Shown piece by piece: positions 46,104 to 57,287 of a DNA stretch of 64,000 bases. This stretch comes from an uncultured bacterium (lineage in GTDB: Bacteria; Patescibacteriota; Minisyncoccia; Phycocordibacterales; UBA918). The notes beneath the pieces were generated by a model. The model was not told the origin of the DNA and searched no databases. It saw only the letters and a list, made by a program, of their open reading frames with translations. The position numbers and the translations under genes are program-made. The stretch lies in NCBI GenBank assembly GCA_965652925.1, contig CBFGXL010000003.1, positions 9-64,008 on the forward strand, given 5' to 3'. Within the stretch, counting starts at the first letter, position 1. The number at the start of each line of letters is the position of its first letter.

Positions 46104-48062
46104 CTAAATGCCGATAAGTACGGGGATGACCATAGGATTTTTTCTTGTGCGCTGCAGAAGGAACGCACTTACCGTGTCAGACAATTCTTCTTTCACGATA
46201 TCAAGGTCGATCGGATGCATTTTCTCTGTATTCTTTTCAACTGTTTTCTTGATCAAGACACGCGCTTCAGACAAAAGCTGCTGGCTTTCACGGAGGTAGA
46301 CGAAGCCACGTGAGATGATGTCGGGAGATTTACGCAGCTTGCCGGTTTTGGTATTGATGGTTGCAATAATAACGAACATGCCGTCTTCAGAGAGCGACTG
46401 ACGATCGCGGAGAACCACCTCCTGCTGGGCACCTACGGTAAAGCCATCTACCAGTACCAGATCGTTTGGAGCCTTCTCTTTTTGTACAGTGAGTTCAGTT
46501 CCATTTTTGATGTCAATGATGGTACCGTTGTCGGGTACAACGATGTTTTCTCGAGGGAAACCGTTCTCAACAGCCATATACATGTGGCTCTTGAGGTGGT
46601 AGTGGTGTCCATGAACCGGTATAAGGAATTTCGGCTTCACTGCTTGGTTCACCCATACAAGTTCAGAGGCGTTGCCGTGTCCAGAAGAGTGCACTGCTGC
46701 TGAGCGGTAGTTTACTACACGCACATTGCGTCGGTAGAGATTGTCTTTAAGCTTCTGCACCGCAACCTCGTTTCCAGGAATAACTGATGAAGAGAGGACG
46801 ATCGTATCACGCTCATTAAGCGAGATGAATTTGTGCTTGTCGGTTGCCATGCGCATTAAAGCTGCATGTTCCTCACCCTGAGCTCCCGTAGACAAAATGA
46901 CAATACGGTCATTCGGGTAATCGCTCATGTCTTGAGCAGAGATAAATGTCTTTGGATCAACAGTCAAAAGTTTTGCCTCCAGAGCAATATCAATATTGGT
47001 CTTGATACTCCTTCCTTCCATGACAACCTTTTTGCCCTGTGCCTCGCAGGCTTTGATGATACTCGTAAGACGGTCGAACTGTGAAGCAAACGTTCCGATT
47101 ATCAGGCGTCCGTGTGCATTTTTTATGATGTCTTCGAGACTGCGCAGCACAACGCCTTCGGGCGCAGAGAAACCTGTCTGGTCAGCGTTGGTTGAGTCGC
47201 AGATGAGCGCGATGTTCTTGTTCTGTCCAACCTTCTCCCATTCCTCTCGTTCTTCAACTTCAACAACACCATTCTCATGCTTGAGCTTGATGTCTCCAGT
47301 GATAACAACGTCGCCGTGTTTTGTCTCAACACTTACACCCATAGCGTCTGGTATCGAGTGCGTGACTGGAAATGTCTTGATACGAGTATTACCAACCATA
47401 AATGTGTCACCTTCTTTAATGACATGTATGGTAACTGGTTCCAAGTGTGGAAATTCTTCCTGACGTTTGAGGATCATGAGGGAAGTGAGGAATTGCGTAT
47501 AGATCGGCGGATTGCCGATACGTTCCATGACAAAAGGAATACCGCCGATGTGGTCGAGGTGACCGTGCGTGACAATAAGTCCTTTGATCTTGTGCTTTCG
47601 CTCCTCAAGATATTGCGTATTGGGAAGAATATAGTCTACTCCCGGAGTGTTGCTTTCAGGCGATACGAACTGGAATCCAATGTCGAAGATGAGAATATCA
47701 TCTTTAGTCTCGACGATGGTCATATTGCGGCCAATCTGTTCAACACCTGAAGCTGGGATGATGCGGACAGTATCTTCGTCGGTGACCTCGGGGAAACTTG
47801 AGACGATCTTCTCGTCTTTGATATTCATGCGATGTTTCAATGCCGGATTGGTCATTGAGCGTCGTCCGCGGTCGTTGCGCCGATTGCGTCCGCCGCGTTT
47901 CGGCTTATTTTCAGTTCGGTTTCCACTGCTGTTTGCACTGCGCTGTGGCCGGTTTCTTTGTGCACCACTCGGCCGCTGGCCGCTGATGAACCGCCGTCTT
48001 TGGCTCTGCCGTGGCTTTCCTTGAGTCGTTCCTTGTGTGTTTTCGTTTTGTTGTGTGTTCAT
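46104..48062 (-). CDS. rnj: Ribonuclease J (metallo-beta-lactamase/beta-CASP) with N-terminal Arg/Gly/Asn-rich extension
   Basis: HxHxDH motif LIVTHGHLDHIGG; beta-CASP and C-terminal domains; about 80-aa disordered basic N-terminus (..RQSQRRRF..RNRPQR..RGGRNRRNDRGRR). Confidence 0.9.
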   Translation of the reverse strand: MNTQQNENTQGTTQGKPRQSQRRRFISGQRPSGAQRNRPQRSANSSGNRTENKPKRGGRNRRNDRGRRSMTNPALKHRMNIKDEKIVSSFPEVTDEDTVRIIPASGVEQIGRNMTIVETKDDILIFDIGFQFVSPESNTPGVDYILPNTQYLEERKHKIKGLIVTHGHLDHIGGIPFVMERIGNPPIYTQFLTSLMILKRQEEFPHLEPVTIHVIKEGDTFMVGNTRIKTFPVTHSIPDAMGVSVETKHGDVVITGDIKLKHENGVVEVEEREEWEKVGQNKNIALICDSTNADQTGFSAPEGVVLRSLEDIIKNAHGRLIIGTFASQFDRLTSIIKACEAQGKKVVMEGRSIKTNIDIALEAKLLTVDPKTFISAQDMSDYPNDRIVILSTGAQGEEHAALMRMATDKHKFISLNERDTIVLSSSVIPGNEVAVQKLKDNLYRRNVRVVNYRSAAVHSSGHGNASELVWVNQAVKPKFLIPVHGHHYHLKSHMYMAVENGFPRENIVVPDNGTIIDIKNGTELTVQKEKAPNDLVLVDGFTVGAQQEVVLRDRQSLSEDGMFVIIATINTKTGKLRKSPDIISRGFVYLRESQQLLSEARVLIKKTVEKNTEKMHPIDLDIVKEELSDTVSAFLLQRTRKNPMVIPVLIGI

Positions 48063-48088
48063 ACTAATACGTTAATAAAATTAAATAA

Positions 48089-49855
48089 TTAATTCGTGTT
48101 TGAAAAAATGGGCCAAAGGTTGTTCGATTTCGTGTGCCAGTTCGAAATGTTGGCGAACCGTTCACTCTGCTTGCTTATTCGTACAAACGGGGAAGCGGTA
48201 ACCTGTTTGTCGAGAACATAGGCAAACGTCGGGACAAAAAGGAATATCGCAGGCTGGTCCTCCATAATGATGCGTTCCGCATGCCTCAAGTCCTCCATCT
48301 GTATTGCTGCATCCTTTTCTGTGCGTATACGCTGCAGAAGCGCGTCGACATCGATATTGGTGTACTGTGCGATATTGAGTCCAGGGTCGTTCTTCTGTGA
48401 AGAATGCCAGAATGGATAGAGGTCTGGTTGGCGTCCGGTCTCTGCTCCATACAACAGTGCCTCAAAGTCGCGTGGTCGGATAATGGACTGAACCAAGTCT
48501 GCTTGCTCAAACTGTGAGACATTCACCTCCACTCCGAGAGTCTTCCATGTTTCAGCGATGTACGTCGCTGTTTGGTCGAACAGCGGCGTATTGGCTGTAG
48601 AGAGTGATACCGAGAGCACAACGGGGCTCTTGTCTATTTCTTTTTCCCACGTCCCGTTCTCTTTTCTGGTCCATCCGCCTTCTTCAAGAAGTGCTGTTGC
48701 GTGTTGTATTCCTGAAATGCTTGTTGAACTACTGTGTGTCGAACTAGACGATTCTACAGGAAGAAATCCTTCAGGCACAGGTGAGTCTGTGGGAATGCCG
48801 TATCCATGTAGTACCTGCCCAACAAGCTCGTCCTTGTTGAGGGCAGCATTGAGGGCTTTGCGTACACTTTTGTCGCGCAATGCCGCAGATTTATTTTGGT
48901 TGAAATAGACTGCGAAGTTGCGTGGAAGCGGTGTCTCTATAACCGCGTACGTATCTGTGTTGACCTGCGCGAGCCTTTCGGCAGAAAGACTTGGCGTACT
49001 GGCAATATCCTTGTTATTGAGCGCCTCAAGAAGCTCGTCTTCGTTCTGATAAAAATTGAATACCACGGTTGTGATGTTTGGGTCAAGATTTGAAGAAGCG
49101 AATGCACTGAGCTTATATGCATAAATCAGTCCCGATTTATTGCGCAGTACATCTGAAACCATGTACGGTCCGGTACCGATCGGTTCGGTATTATTCTGGC
49201 TGAACGGTATCTGTTCGATAGGCAGCTCGTCCCAGAGCTCCCGAGGGAGGATGCCAACCGTGAGATTCTCCATAAACGGAGCATGCGCTTCTTCGAGTGT
49301 GATATTGAGCTCGTGTTCACCCACTTCCTCGATGGCAACCCCATCCCAGTTGCCGCGAAGCGGACTTTTCAGATCAGGATTCTGTATGAGCGCTATGGTG
49401 AACGCAACATCGCGCGAGGTGAGCTCGCTTCCATTATGGAAGCGCACATTAGGACGGATCTTCACATGATAAGTTTTGCCATCTTCTGACACCTCAACAG
49501 ACTCTGCAAGGTCGGGCACAAGATTGCCTTGCTCGTCTATTTTCATGAGACCGCTGTATACCAACGCAACCATGTCGTGGTCTGCGCGCGTGATAGCAAG
49601 AACAGGGTTCACAAAACGCGGAGTGCCGACGATACCTTCGACAATGGTCCCGCCTTGGCTCGGCACTGCAGTGAGATACCGATTGTTGGCTTCGGTTAGA
49701 GCATAGAATGAGGTACACACCACCGCGATGATAGCCAGATTGAAAAGGAATCGGTCACTTAATTTGCGCCGTTCCAGGAAATTAAAATAGCTGGTAAACA
49801 GGGAGAAACGTCTGCCCTTTGGTTCTGAAGCCATAGTAAGAGAGTGCATATGCAC
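48089..49855 (-). CDS. ABC-type family 5 (peptide/nickel) substrate-binding protein, orphan
   Basis: N-terminal anchor; SBP_bac_5 pattern (GTPRFVNPVLA..D....LVYSGLMKID..G.LVPDLAES). No permease or ATPase genes adjacent. Confidence 0.75.
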   Translation of the reverse strand: MHMHSLTMASEPKGRRFSLFTSYFNFLERRKLSDRFLFNLAIIAVVCTSFYALTEANNRYLTAVPSQGGTIVEGIVGTPRFVNPVLAITRADHDMVALVYSGLMKIDEQGNLVPDLAESVEVSEDGKTYHVKIRPNVRFHNGSELTSRDVAFTIALIQNPDLKSPLRGNWDGVAIEEVGEHELNITLEEAHAPFMENLTVGILPRELWDELPIEQIPFSQNNTEPIGTGPYMVSDVLRNKSGLIYAYKLSAFASSNLDPNITTVVFNFYQNEDELLEALNNKDIASTPSLSAERLAQVNTDTYAVIETPLPRNFAVYFNQNKSAALRDKSVRKALNAALNKDELVGQVLHGYGIPTDSPVPEGFLPVESSSSTHSSSTSISGIQHATALLEEGGWTRKENGTWEKEIDKSPVVLSVSLSTANTPLFDQTATYIAETWKTLGVEVNVSQFEQADLVQSIIRPRDFEALLYGAETGRQPDLYPFWHSSQKNDPGLNIAQYTNIDVDALLQRIRTEKDAAIQMEDLRHAERIIMEDQPAIFLFVPTFAYVLDKQVTASPFVRISKQSERFANISNWHTKSNNLWPIFSNTN

Positions 49856-49912
49856 CCGTTCAAAACGATAGTTATTTGCTAATTGCCGAAAACAACAGTC
49901 TATGCTGTTGTT

Positions 49913-50155
49913 TTAGTAGATCACAGTGATAAGTGCAGAGAGCACAAAGAGAATCGCTATCGCAATAGAAATGCGGAATAGGAAAAGCTCTCCTCCACGT
50001 CGTTTGTGAAATGTTGCGCTGAAATTATCGCCTCCGAAAGCACCACCAAGACTCGATCCGCGTTGTTGTAGCAATATTGCTGCTATAAGTAGGATGGAGA
50101 GGATGATCTGTACGAATGGTAGTACTGGAAGCACCACTGACTGTATAAATTCCAT
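49913..50155 (-). CDS. secG: Preprotein translocase subunit SecG
   Basis: 80 aa; two TM helices and the LLQQ.GS.LGGAFGG motif. Confidence 0.8.
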   Translation of the reverse strand: MEFIQSVVLPVLPFVQIILSILLIAAILLQQRGSSLGGAFGGDNFSATFHKRRGGELFLFRISIAIAILFVLSALITVIY

Positions 50156-50268
50156 GTCGAGAAGATAGTAGCAGAAAGTAAGGACCGGGGCAAGAGGGGA
50201 TACTGGAGGACGCTAGATTGCTTCATTTTTGTAAATCATGCACACGATCATCAGCAATACTTACTTCT

Positions 50269-50622
50269 TTAATCGATCAATATCTCAATTAGGGATTTCA
50301 ATCCCGTTAGGTCGCCAATCATCATCCCTGTATCCATGTTATGTATTTCCAGATCGAGGAGTTCGTTTACCAATGCTTCGATATCAGCACGGAGCCTCTT
50401 TAGATCCTCCTCATTTATCGAAGACTGTTCATTTTTTTCCCAATATCTAGTGTCATGGGAGTCATTGAGCACAATGTATTTGGAACCGCTAAGCACCTCT
50501 AAACATTCTATCCGCTTTTCAGTTATTCTTTTGCGCAGTATCTCCAGTTGAGCCATTTTAGAGTCGACGTTTTCTGTATTGTCTTGTGCGCCCGGTTCTT
50601 GTTTTTTAAAACTCTCGAACAT
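50269..50622 (-). CDS. Hypothetical coiled-coil protein
   Basis: Acidic helical ORF; no motif. Confidence 0.35.
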   Translation of the reverse strand: MFESFKKQEPGAQDNTENVDSKMAQLEILRKRITEKRIECLEVLSGSKYIVLNDSHDTRYWEKNEQSSINEEDLKRLRADIEALVNELLDLEIHNMDTGMMIGDLTGLKSLIEILID

Positions 50623-50809
50623 GTGATGTAAGGTTAAAAAGTAATTGAAGAAATATCTATGATAATCCTATCACAATGCAATCCATCCCCATTCTTCTTG
50701 ATTGTGTGATGTGTGGAATTATCTATAACTTTACAGTCGAGTGCGCTATCGTATAATGGCGGCTACCAGACGCTTGCGTCTGAGTTGTTACTACTTAAAT
50801 ATTGAGATC

Positions 50810-51121
50810 ATGTCAGACTTAAACATTCAACCACTTGGAGATCGTTGTGTGGTTCGGCCGCTTACCGATGAAGAGGCAGGGACTGTTTCTGCTTCCGGCA
50901 TTATCATTCCTGATACGGTGAACAAAGAGAAGCCTGGACAGGGCATTGTTGTCGCTGTCGGTACGGGCAAATGGGATGAGGATGGAGAAAAGCGCATTCC
51001 CATGGAAGTGAAGGAAGGGGACAAGATAGTGTTTTCAAAATACGGATATGATGAACTGAAGGTTGGCGACAAAGAATACTATATTGTCGGAGAATCAAGC
51101 ATTTTGGCAATTTTGAAATAA
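50810..51121 (+). CDS. groES: Co-chaperonin GroES
   Basis: IQPLGDRCVVRP...GIIIPD...G.VVAVG. Start at the internal ATG (MSDLNIQ). Confidence 0.9.
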   Translation: MSDLNIQPLGDRCVVRPLTDEEAGTVSASGIIIPDTVNKEKPGQGIVVAVGTGKWDEDGEKRIPMEVKEGDKIVFSKYGYDELKVGDKEYYIVGESSILAILK

Positions 51122-51135
51122 CATTTAACAGATAA

Positions 51136-52794
<1,659 letters not shown>

Positions 52795-52827
52795 TTGGCC
52801 TCTGCATATCATCTATAAAGACAAAGC

Positions 52828-52860
52828 AGCGCACGACAGACAACGTGCGCTATTTTGTTT
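52828..52860 (+). terminator. Rho-independent terminator after groEL
   Basis: Stem agcgcacg / cgtgcgct with 8-nt loop, followed by attttgttt. Confidence 0.55.
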
Positions 52861-52903
52861 GTGCTAACATTAAAAGATCAATTAGTTAACATAATAAGCA
52901 TCT

Positions 52904-53467
52904 ATGTTTGAGAGCTGGAAGAAAAAGACACAGGAGCAAGTGAAGACTGAGTATGTTGGCGAGGATGACCCAACCAAATCAGATATTGCACGGCATGCTG
53001 ATGCCATTAAGGAAGGTAGATCGCTGCCGACTTCGTATGGCATGGAGGATGCGGTCATACAGGAGGCTCTTCGAGAACGAATTAAAGCAATGAGCAATGA
53101 AGAGCTTGAGCACTTTATTGATGATGTGTATGAACACATTGTTCAGAATCTTCAGCCTGAGTATCGTGAGGTCTTTGAAAGAGCAGTCAATGGTGACGAA
53201 GAAGCGTATCGGGAGATGCAGCGATTCACTGCTCCTGATTTCGCAGGCGTTATAACCGCAATCAATGGAGGATTAACGGCTGGATTGTCAAAATTAAATT
53301 TGATATTAGAGCCTAATAACACAAATTCACAAATGCTCATAGGAGCGGGTATTTTTTTCATGATCGTTGGAACTGCATATGGCGCTGCGCGGTTCGCTGA
53401 GAGAAGTCAAGCAAGAAGGCGTCTCCAAATGCTTGAAAGAATATCCCAGTTTTCACCTGCTGCTTAA
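52904..53467 (+). CDS. Hypothetical protein
   Basis: Acidic N-terminal helical half; C-terminal TM-like segment. Confidence 0.35.
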   Translation: MFESWKKKTQEQVKTEYVGEDDPTKSDIARHADAIKEGRSLPTSYGMEDAVIQEALRERIKAMSNEELEHFIDDVYEHIVQNLQPEYREVFERAVNGDEEAYREMQRFTAPDFAGVITAINGGLTAGLSKLNLILEPNNTNSQMLIGAGIFFMIVGTAYGAARFAERSQARRRLQMLERISQFSPAA

Positions 53468-53571
53468 TAGAGCAATTTGCCTGTGGTTACATACAAATCT
53501 CAGGTGTTGATTCTCATTTCAGGGGGTATACTATAGTGGCATTACGAACCGTAACTAAAAAAGCGACCATC

Positions 53572-54156
53572 ATGAACATCACGTACATTATTCTCGCCAT
53601 CCTGGCAGCAATCGTTGTCTGGGCGATACTTGCTTACAACAACTTTATAAAGCTCATCCAGCGAACCAAGGAGGCGTGGGCAGACATAGACGTGCAGCTC
53701 AAGCGCCGGTATGATCTTATCCCTAACCTCATTGAAACAGTCAAAGGATATGCAGCGCATGAGCGTGCGGTATTTGACGAAGTGACAGAAGCCCGCGCAA
53801 AAGCTACACAAATACATGTTGATCCTGCAAATATCACTCCTGAGCAGATAGCCGCAATGTCGGGCGCTGAATCTGCACTTACTGCATCGCTCGGCAAACT
53901 TCTTGCAGTTGCAGAAGCCTACCCAGATCTGAAGGCAAATCAGAACTTCGCTCAACTGCAGACTGAACTTTCTGACACGGAAAACAAGATCCAGGCTGCA
54001 CGCCGCTTCTACAACGGCAATGTGCGTGATCTGGCTATTGCACTGCAGTCGTTCCCATCAAATGTTATTGGCAATCTGTTCGGTTTCAAAGAGGAGAAAT
54101 ACTTCGAATTGGAAGAAGACAGTGTCGAGCGCGAAAATGTTAAGGTGAGCTTCTAG
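53572..54156 (+). CDS. lemA: LemA-family protein
   Basis: N-terminal TM then the conserved LemA core (AYNNFIKLIQRTKEAWADIDVQLKRRYDLIPNLIETVKGYAAHE...EVTEARA). Confidence 0.8.
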   Translation: MNITYIILAILAAIVVWAILAYNNFIKLIQRTKEAWADIDVQLKRRYDLIPNLIETVKGYAAHERAVFDEVTEARAKATQIHVDPANITPEQIAAMSGAESALTASLGKLLAVAEAYPDLKANQNFAQLQTELSDTENKIQAARRFYNGNVRDLAIALQSFPSNVIGNLFGFKEEKYFELEEDSVERENVKVSF

Positions 54157-54161
54157 TATCT

Positions 54162-54533
54162 ATGGAAAAGATCTACTATAACAAGCTTTGCCGGGATAAG
54201 ATCCCTGAAATTATCAAGAATAAGGGCTTTGACTGTCACGTGCGGGTTGTGGACCACGATGAATACAAGCGTGAGATAGTCCGTAAGGTGTTTGAAGAAG
54301 CAAGCGGTGTTCGGAACAATTCAGGCCATGAGGACCTGGTTGCAGAACTGGCCGATCTTATGATCACCATCGACGCAGTCAAGAAAGAGTTTGGCGTTTC
54401 AGATCTTGAGGTCTCTGCCGCTATCCAAAAGAGTCTTGATGAGAAAGGAGCATACGATGAGCGACTATACCTCTCTTGGTCATCGGATACAGAATATAGC
54501 TCAAACGAGCGAGGTCAGGGCTTTGATGATTAG
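54162..54533 (+). CDS. Small all-alpha MazG-like NTP pyrophosphohydrolase-fold protein, paralog 1
   Basis: N-terminus YYNKLCRDKIPEII and conserved Glu/Asp positions (EE..E, ELADL) typical of MazG/HisE-like all-alpha NTP-PPases. Confidence 0.5.
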   Translation: MEKIYYNKLCRDKIPEIIKNKGFDCHVRVVDHDEYKREIVRKVFEEASGVRNNSGHEDLVAELADLMITIDAVKKEFGVSDLEVSAAIQKSLDEKGAYDERLYLSWSSDTEYSSNERGQGFDD

Positions 54534-54536
54534 GAT

Positions 54537-54911
54537 ATGAAGAAAGTTTTCTATAACAAGCTTGTTCGCGACAAAATTCAGGAAAAGATAGAAAAAAATG
54601 GGGAAGCGTGCGAAGTGCGGGTTATAGAAGACGATGATGAGTTTGAACAAGAGCTCTTCAAAAAGATAAAAGAAGAAGCTGACGCTCTTGCGTCGGTTTC
54701 TTCACGAGAAGAATTTCTTAAAGAATACGCCGATTTAATGGTTGTCCTTGATGCACTTACGCATCATATGGAGTTCTCAGAAGCCGATATTAAAACTGCC
54801 ATCGAGGAAAATGTTGCAAAAAAAGGCCTCTACAAGTTCCGGCATTTTTTGCATTGGTCAGACGAAGGAACATACAAAAGCAATGAAACACCTCAAGGTA
54901 TTAAGTCATAA
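54537..54911 (+). CDS. Small all-alpha MazG-like NTP pyrophosphohydrolase-fold protein, paralog 2
   Basis: N-terminus FYNKLVRDKIQEKI plus EYADLMVVLDAL. Tandem paralog of the previous gene, 3 nt apart. Confidence 0.5.
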   Translation: MKKVFYNKLVRDKIQEKIEKNGEACEVRVIEDDDEFEQELFKKIKEEADALASVSSREEFLKEYADLMVVLDALTHHMEFSEADIKTAIEENVAKKGLYKFRHFLHWSDEGTYKSNETPQGIKS

Positions 54912-57248
54912 CTCTCTCTTCTTTCTTCTTTGTGCCGCGTTTTTTCTCATCGGACCGTCTTTTGTCTCTGCGGAGACCATCCAATCTTTCAGTACTGATA
55001 TTAAGCTCAATCAGGATGGGAGTTTTGTTGTTGAAGAGACAATTGTATACGACTTTGGGAATGAGGAACGTCACGGTATTTTTCGTTTTATTGAAAAGAA
55101 ACATCCACAGGAGGCATCTTCATTCCTGAAAGAGAGATTTACTGAAATCACGGTGGAAGACGTAACTATGGACCAGAAGCCGGTCCCGTATGACATACAT
55201 GATTCAAAAGAAAACCTTGAGATAAAAATTGGCGACCCCTATTCGACCATAACTGGGGCTCATCAATTTATAATTACCTATGAAGTTGTTGGAAATTATG
55301 CGTACTTTGATGATGGTACTGCTGAGATCTACTGGGATGTAACTGGTACGCAGTGGAATGTTCCTATACAGAAGGTTACAGCATTGATACATACTGCAGA
55401 CATTCCATTGCTTGAACGCGTAGCTTGTTATAAAGGGCCAGAAGGATCCAACACCCCGTGTGACAGTATCCAGACAGAAGACACCGGTAGTGTGCACTTT
55501 TTTGCCAGCAACCTTGCTCCTTATGAAAACCTGACCATCGCTCAATCATTTGACGCGGCAGTGCCGCGTTTTTTCTCATCGGACCGTCTTTTGTCTCTGC
55601 GGAGACCATCCAATCTTTCAGTACTGATATTAAGCTCAATCAGGATGGGAGTTTTGTTGTTGAAGAGACAATTGTATACGACTTTGGGAATGAGGAACGT
55701 CACGGTATTTTTCGTTTTATTGAAAAGAAACATCCACAGGAGGCATCTTCATTCCTGAAAGAGAGATTTACTGAAATCACGGTGGAAGACGTAACTATGG
55801 ACCAGAAGCCGGTCCCGTATGACATACATGATTCAAAAGAAAACCTTGAGATAAAAATTGGCGACCCCTATTCGACCATAACTGGGGCTCATCAATTTAT
55901 AATTACCTATGAAGTTGTTGGAAATTATGCGTACTTTGATGATGGTACTGCTGAGATCTACTGGGATGTAACTGGTACGCAGTGGAATGTTCCTATACAG
56001 AAGGTTACAGCATTGATACATACTGCAGACATTCCATTGCTTGAACGCGTAGCTTGTTATAAAGGGCCAGAAGGATCCAACACCCCGTGTGACAGTATCC
56101 AGACAGAAGACACCGGTAGTGTGCACTTTTTTGCCAGCAACCTTGCTCCTTATGAAAACCTGACCATCGCTCAATCATTTGACGCGGCACCTGTAGAGAA
56201 AGTCATCCTTGAGCGGTATCGATGGATAATTTTCGCTGTTATATTTTTCCCTGTTCTGATTTTAGCAATGATTTTCTTTGGGTATCGATACCGAACACAG
56301 TACAAAACAGGAAATCCAATCGTTGCACAGTATGAACCTTTTGAAGACTTTAAGCCTATGTATGCGGGTATGCTGTTTGATGGTAGGCTTGATCCTCGGG
56401 ACATTACCGCTGGGATTGTATACCTGGCCGAACAAGGATATCTCAAGATACGAAGAATAGAGCGGAAGGTTTTGTTTGTGTTTGAAGTCGATGACTACGA
56501 AATAACACTTATGCGCAGTGTTGCAAGCATACCCAACGATTTTTTGAGAGACATAGTATTACTCATGTTCGAATTACATGACACAGCAGGAAGAATAGTA
56601 TCCCTCGATGAGCTTAAGCAAAAAAGCATAAAACAAAGAGAAAATTTCACACGATTGCAGAAATTAAAGCGTGACCTCAAAGAGGATATGAAAAACAATG
56701 GTTTTTATCAAACATTCCCTGTTATTGGTTATCTGGTCGGTTCAATTGCCATACTTTTTTTCATTCTTATATTGCTCGTCGAGATATATCCTCTTCTAAC
56801 TATATTTGGCGTGTGTGTATTGCTGGCTGTTGCTGGTATCTTTGCATTTGTCATGAGCGAACGCCGAACTCGCAGAGGGTATGAAGCACTTGATCATCTC
56901 AAAGGATTTAAACTTTTCTTGTCAGTGACAGACGAGGAACGTTTCAAGTTTCATAATGCTCCACAAAAAAGCCCGGAACAGTTTATGGAGTATCTGCCGT
57001 TTGCGATAGCCTTTGGTGTAGAAAAGCAATGGGCAAAAGCATTTGAAGATATTACGATCCCAAATCCTGATTGGTATGACGGTGGGAGTGTGGGTAGTTT
57101 TTCGGCAATGAATTTCACTTCCAGCATCGGCGCATTCTCATCTTCAATTGCGTCGTCGTCTGTCTCGAGTTCGTCAAGCAGTGGTGGAAGTAGTGGCGGT
57201 GGTTTTTCAGGCGGAGGAGGTGGAGGCGGCGGTGGTGGATCGTGGTGA
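54883..57248 (+). pseudogene. DUF2207-family membrane protein gene disrupted by a frame-shifting 629-bp internal tandem duplication (annotated as two ORFs, 54883..55758 and 55782..57248)
   Basis: Signal peptide and extracellular domain, then TM and cytoplasmic domain ending in a Ser/Gly-rich tail (..SSSGGSSGGGFSGGGGGGGGGGSW) typical of DUF2207. The exact 629-bp direct repeat shifts the frame at its junction (..QSFDAA/VPRFFSSDRL..stop). The second ORF restarts inside repeat copy 2. Confidence 0.6.
54932..56189 (+). repeat. Perfect tandem direct duplication, 2 x 629 bp (54932..55560 and 55561..56189)
   Basis: Identical sequence read in both copies (gtgccgcgttttttctcatcggaccgtc ... tcaatcatttgacgcggca). 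The two pairs of six-frame minus-strand ORFs it produces are also identical (113 aa and 61-67 aa). Confidence 0.9.
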
Positions 57249-57287
57249 TTCTTGCAACTATCGCAATTGGCCCTACAATGTAGTCAT

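Noticed and set aside
46059-46313. 84-aa plus-strand ORF at the 3' end of the RNase J region
   Set aside because: Mostly antisense to the RNase J C-terminus; no motif; likely spurious.
54932-56189. Possibility that the 2 x 629-bp repeat is a CRISPR array or an IS element
   Set aside because: There are only two long identical units, with no short spacer/repeat periodicity, no terminal inverted repeats and no transposase. The units are entirely coding sequence of the DUF2207 ectodomain.
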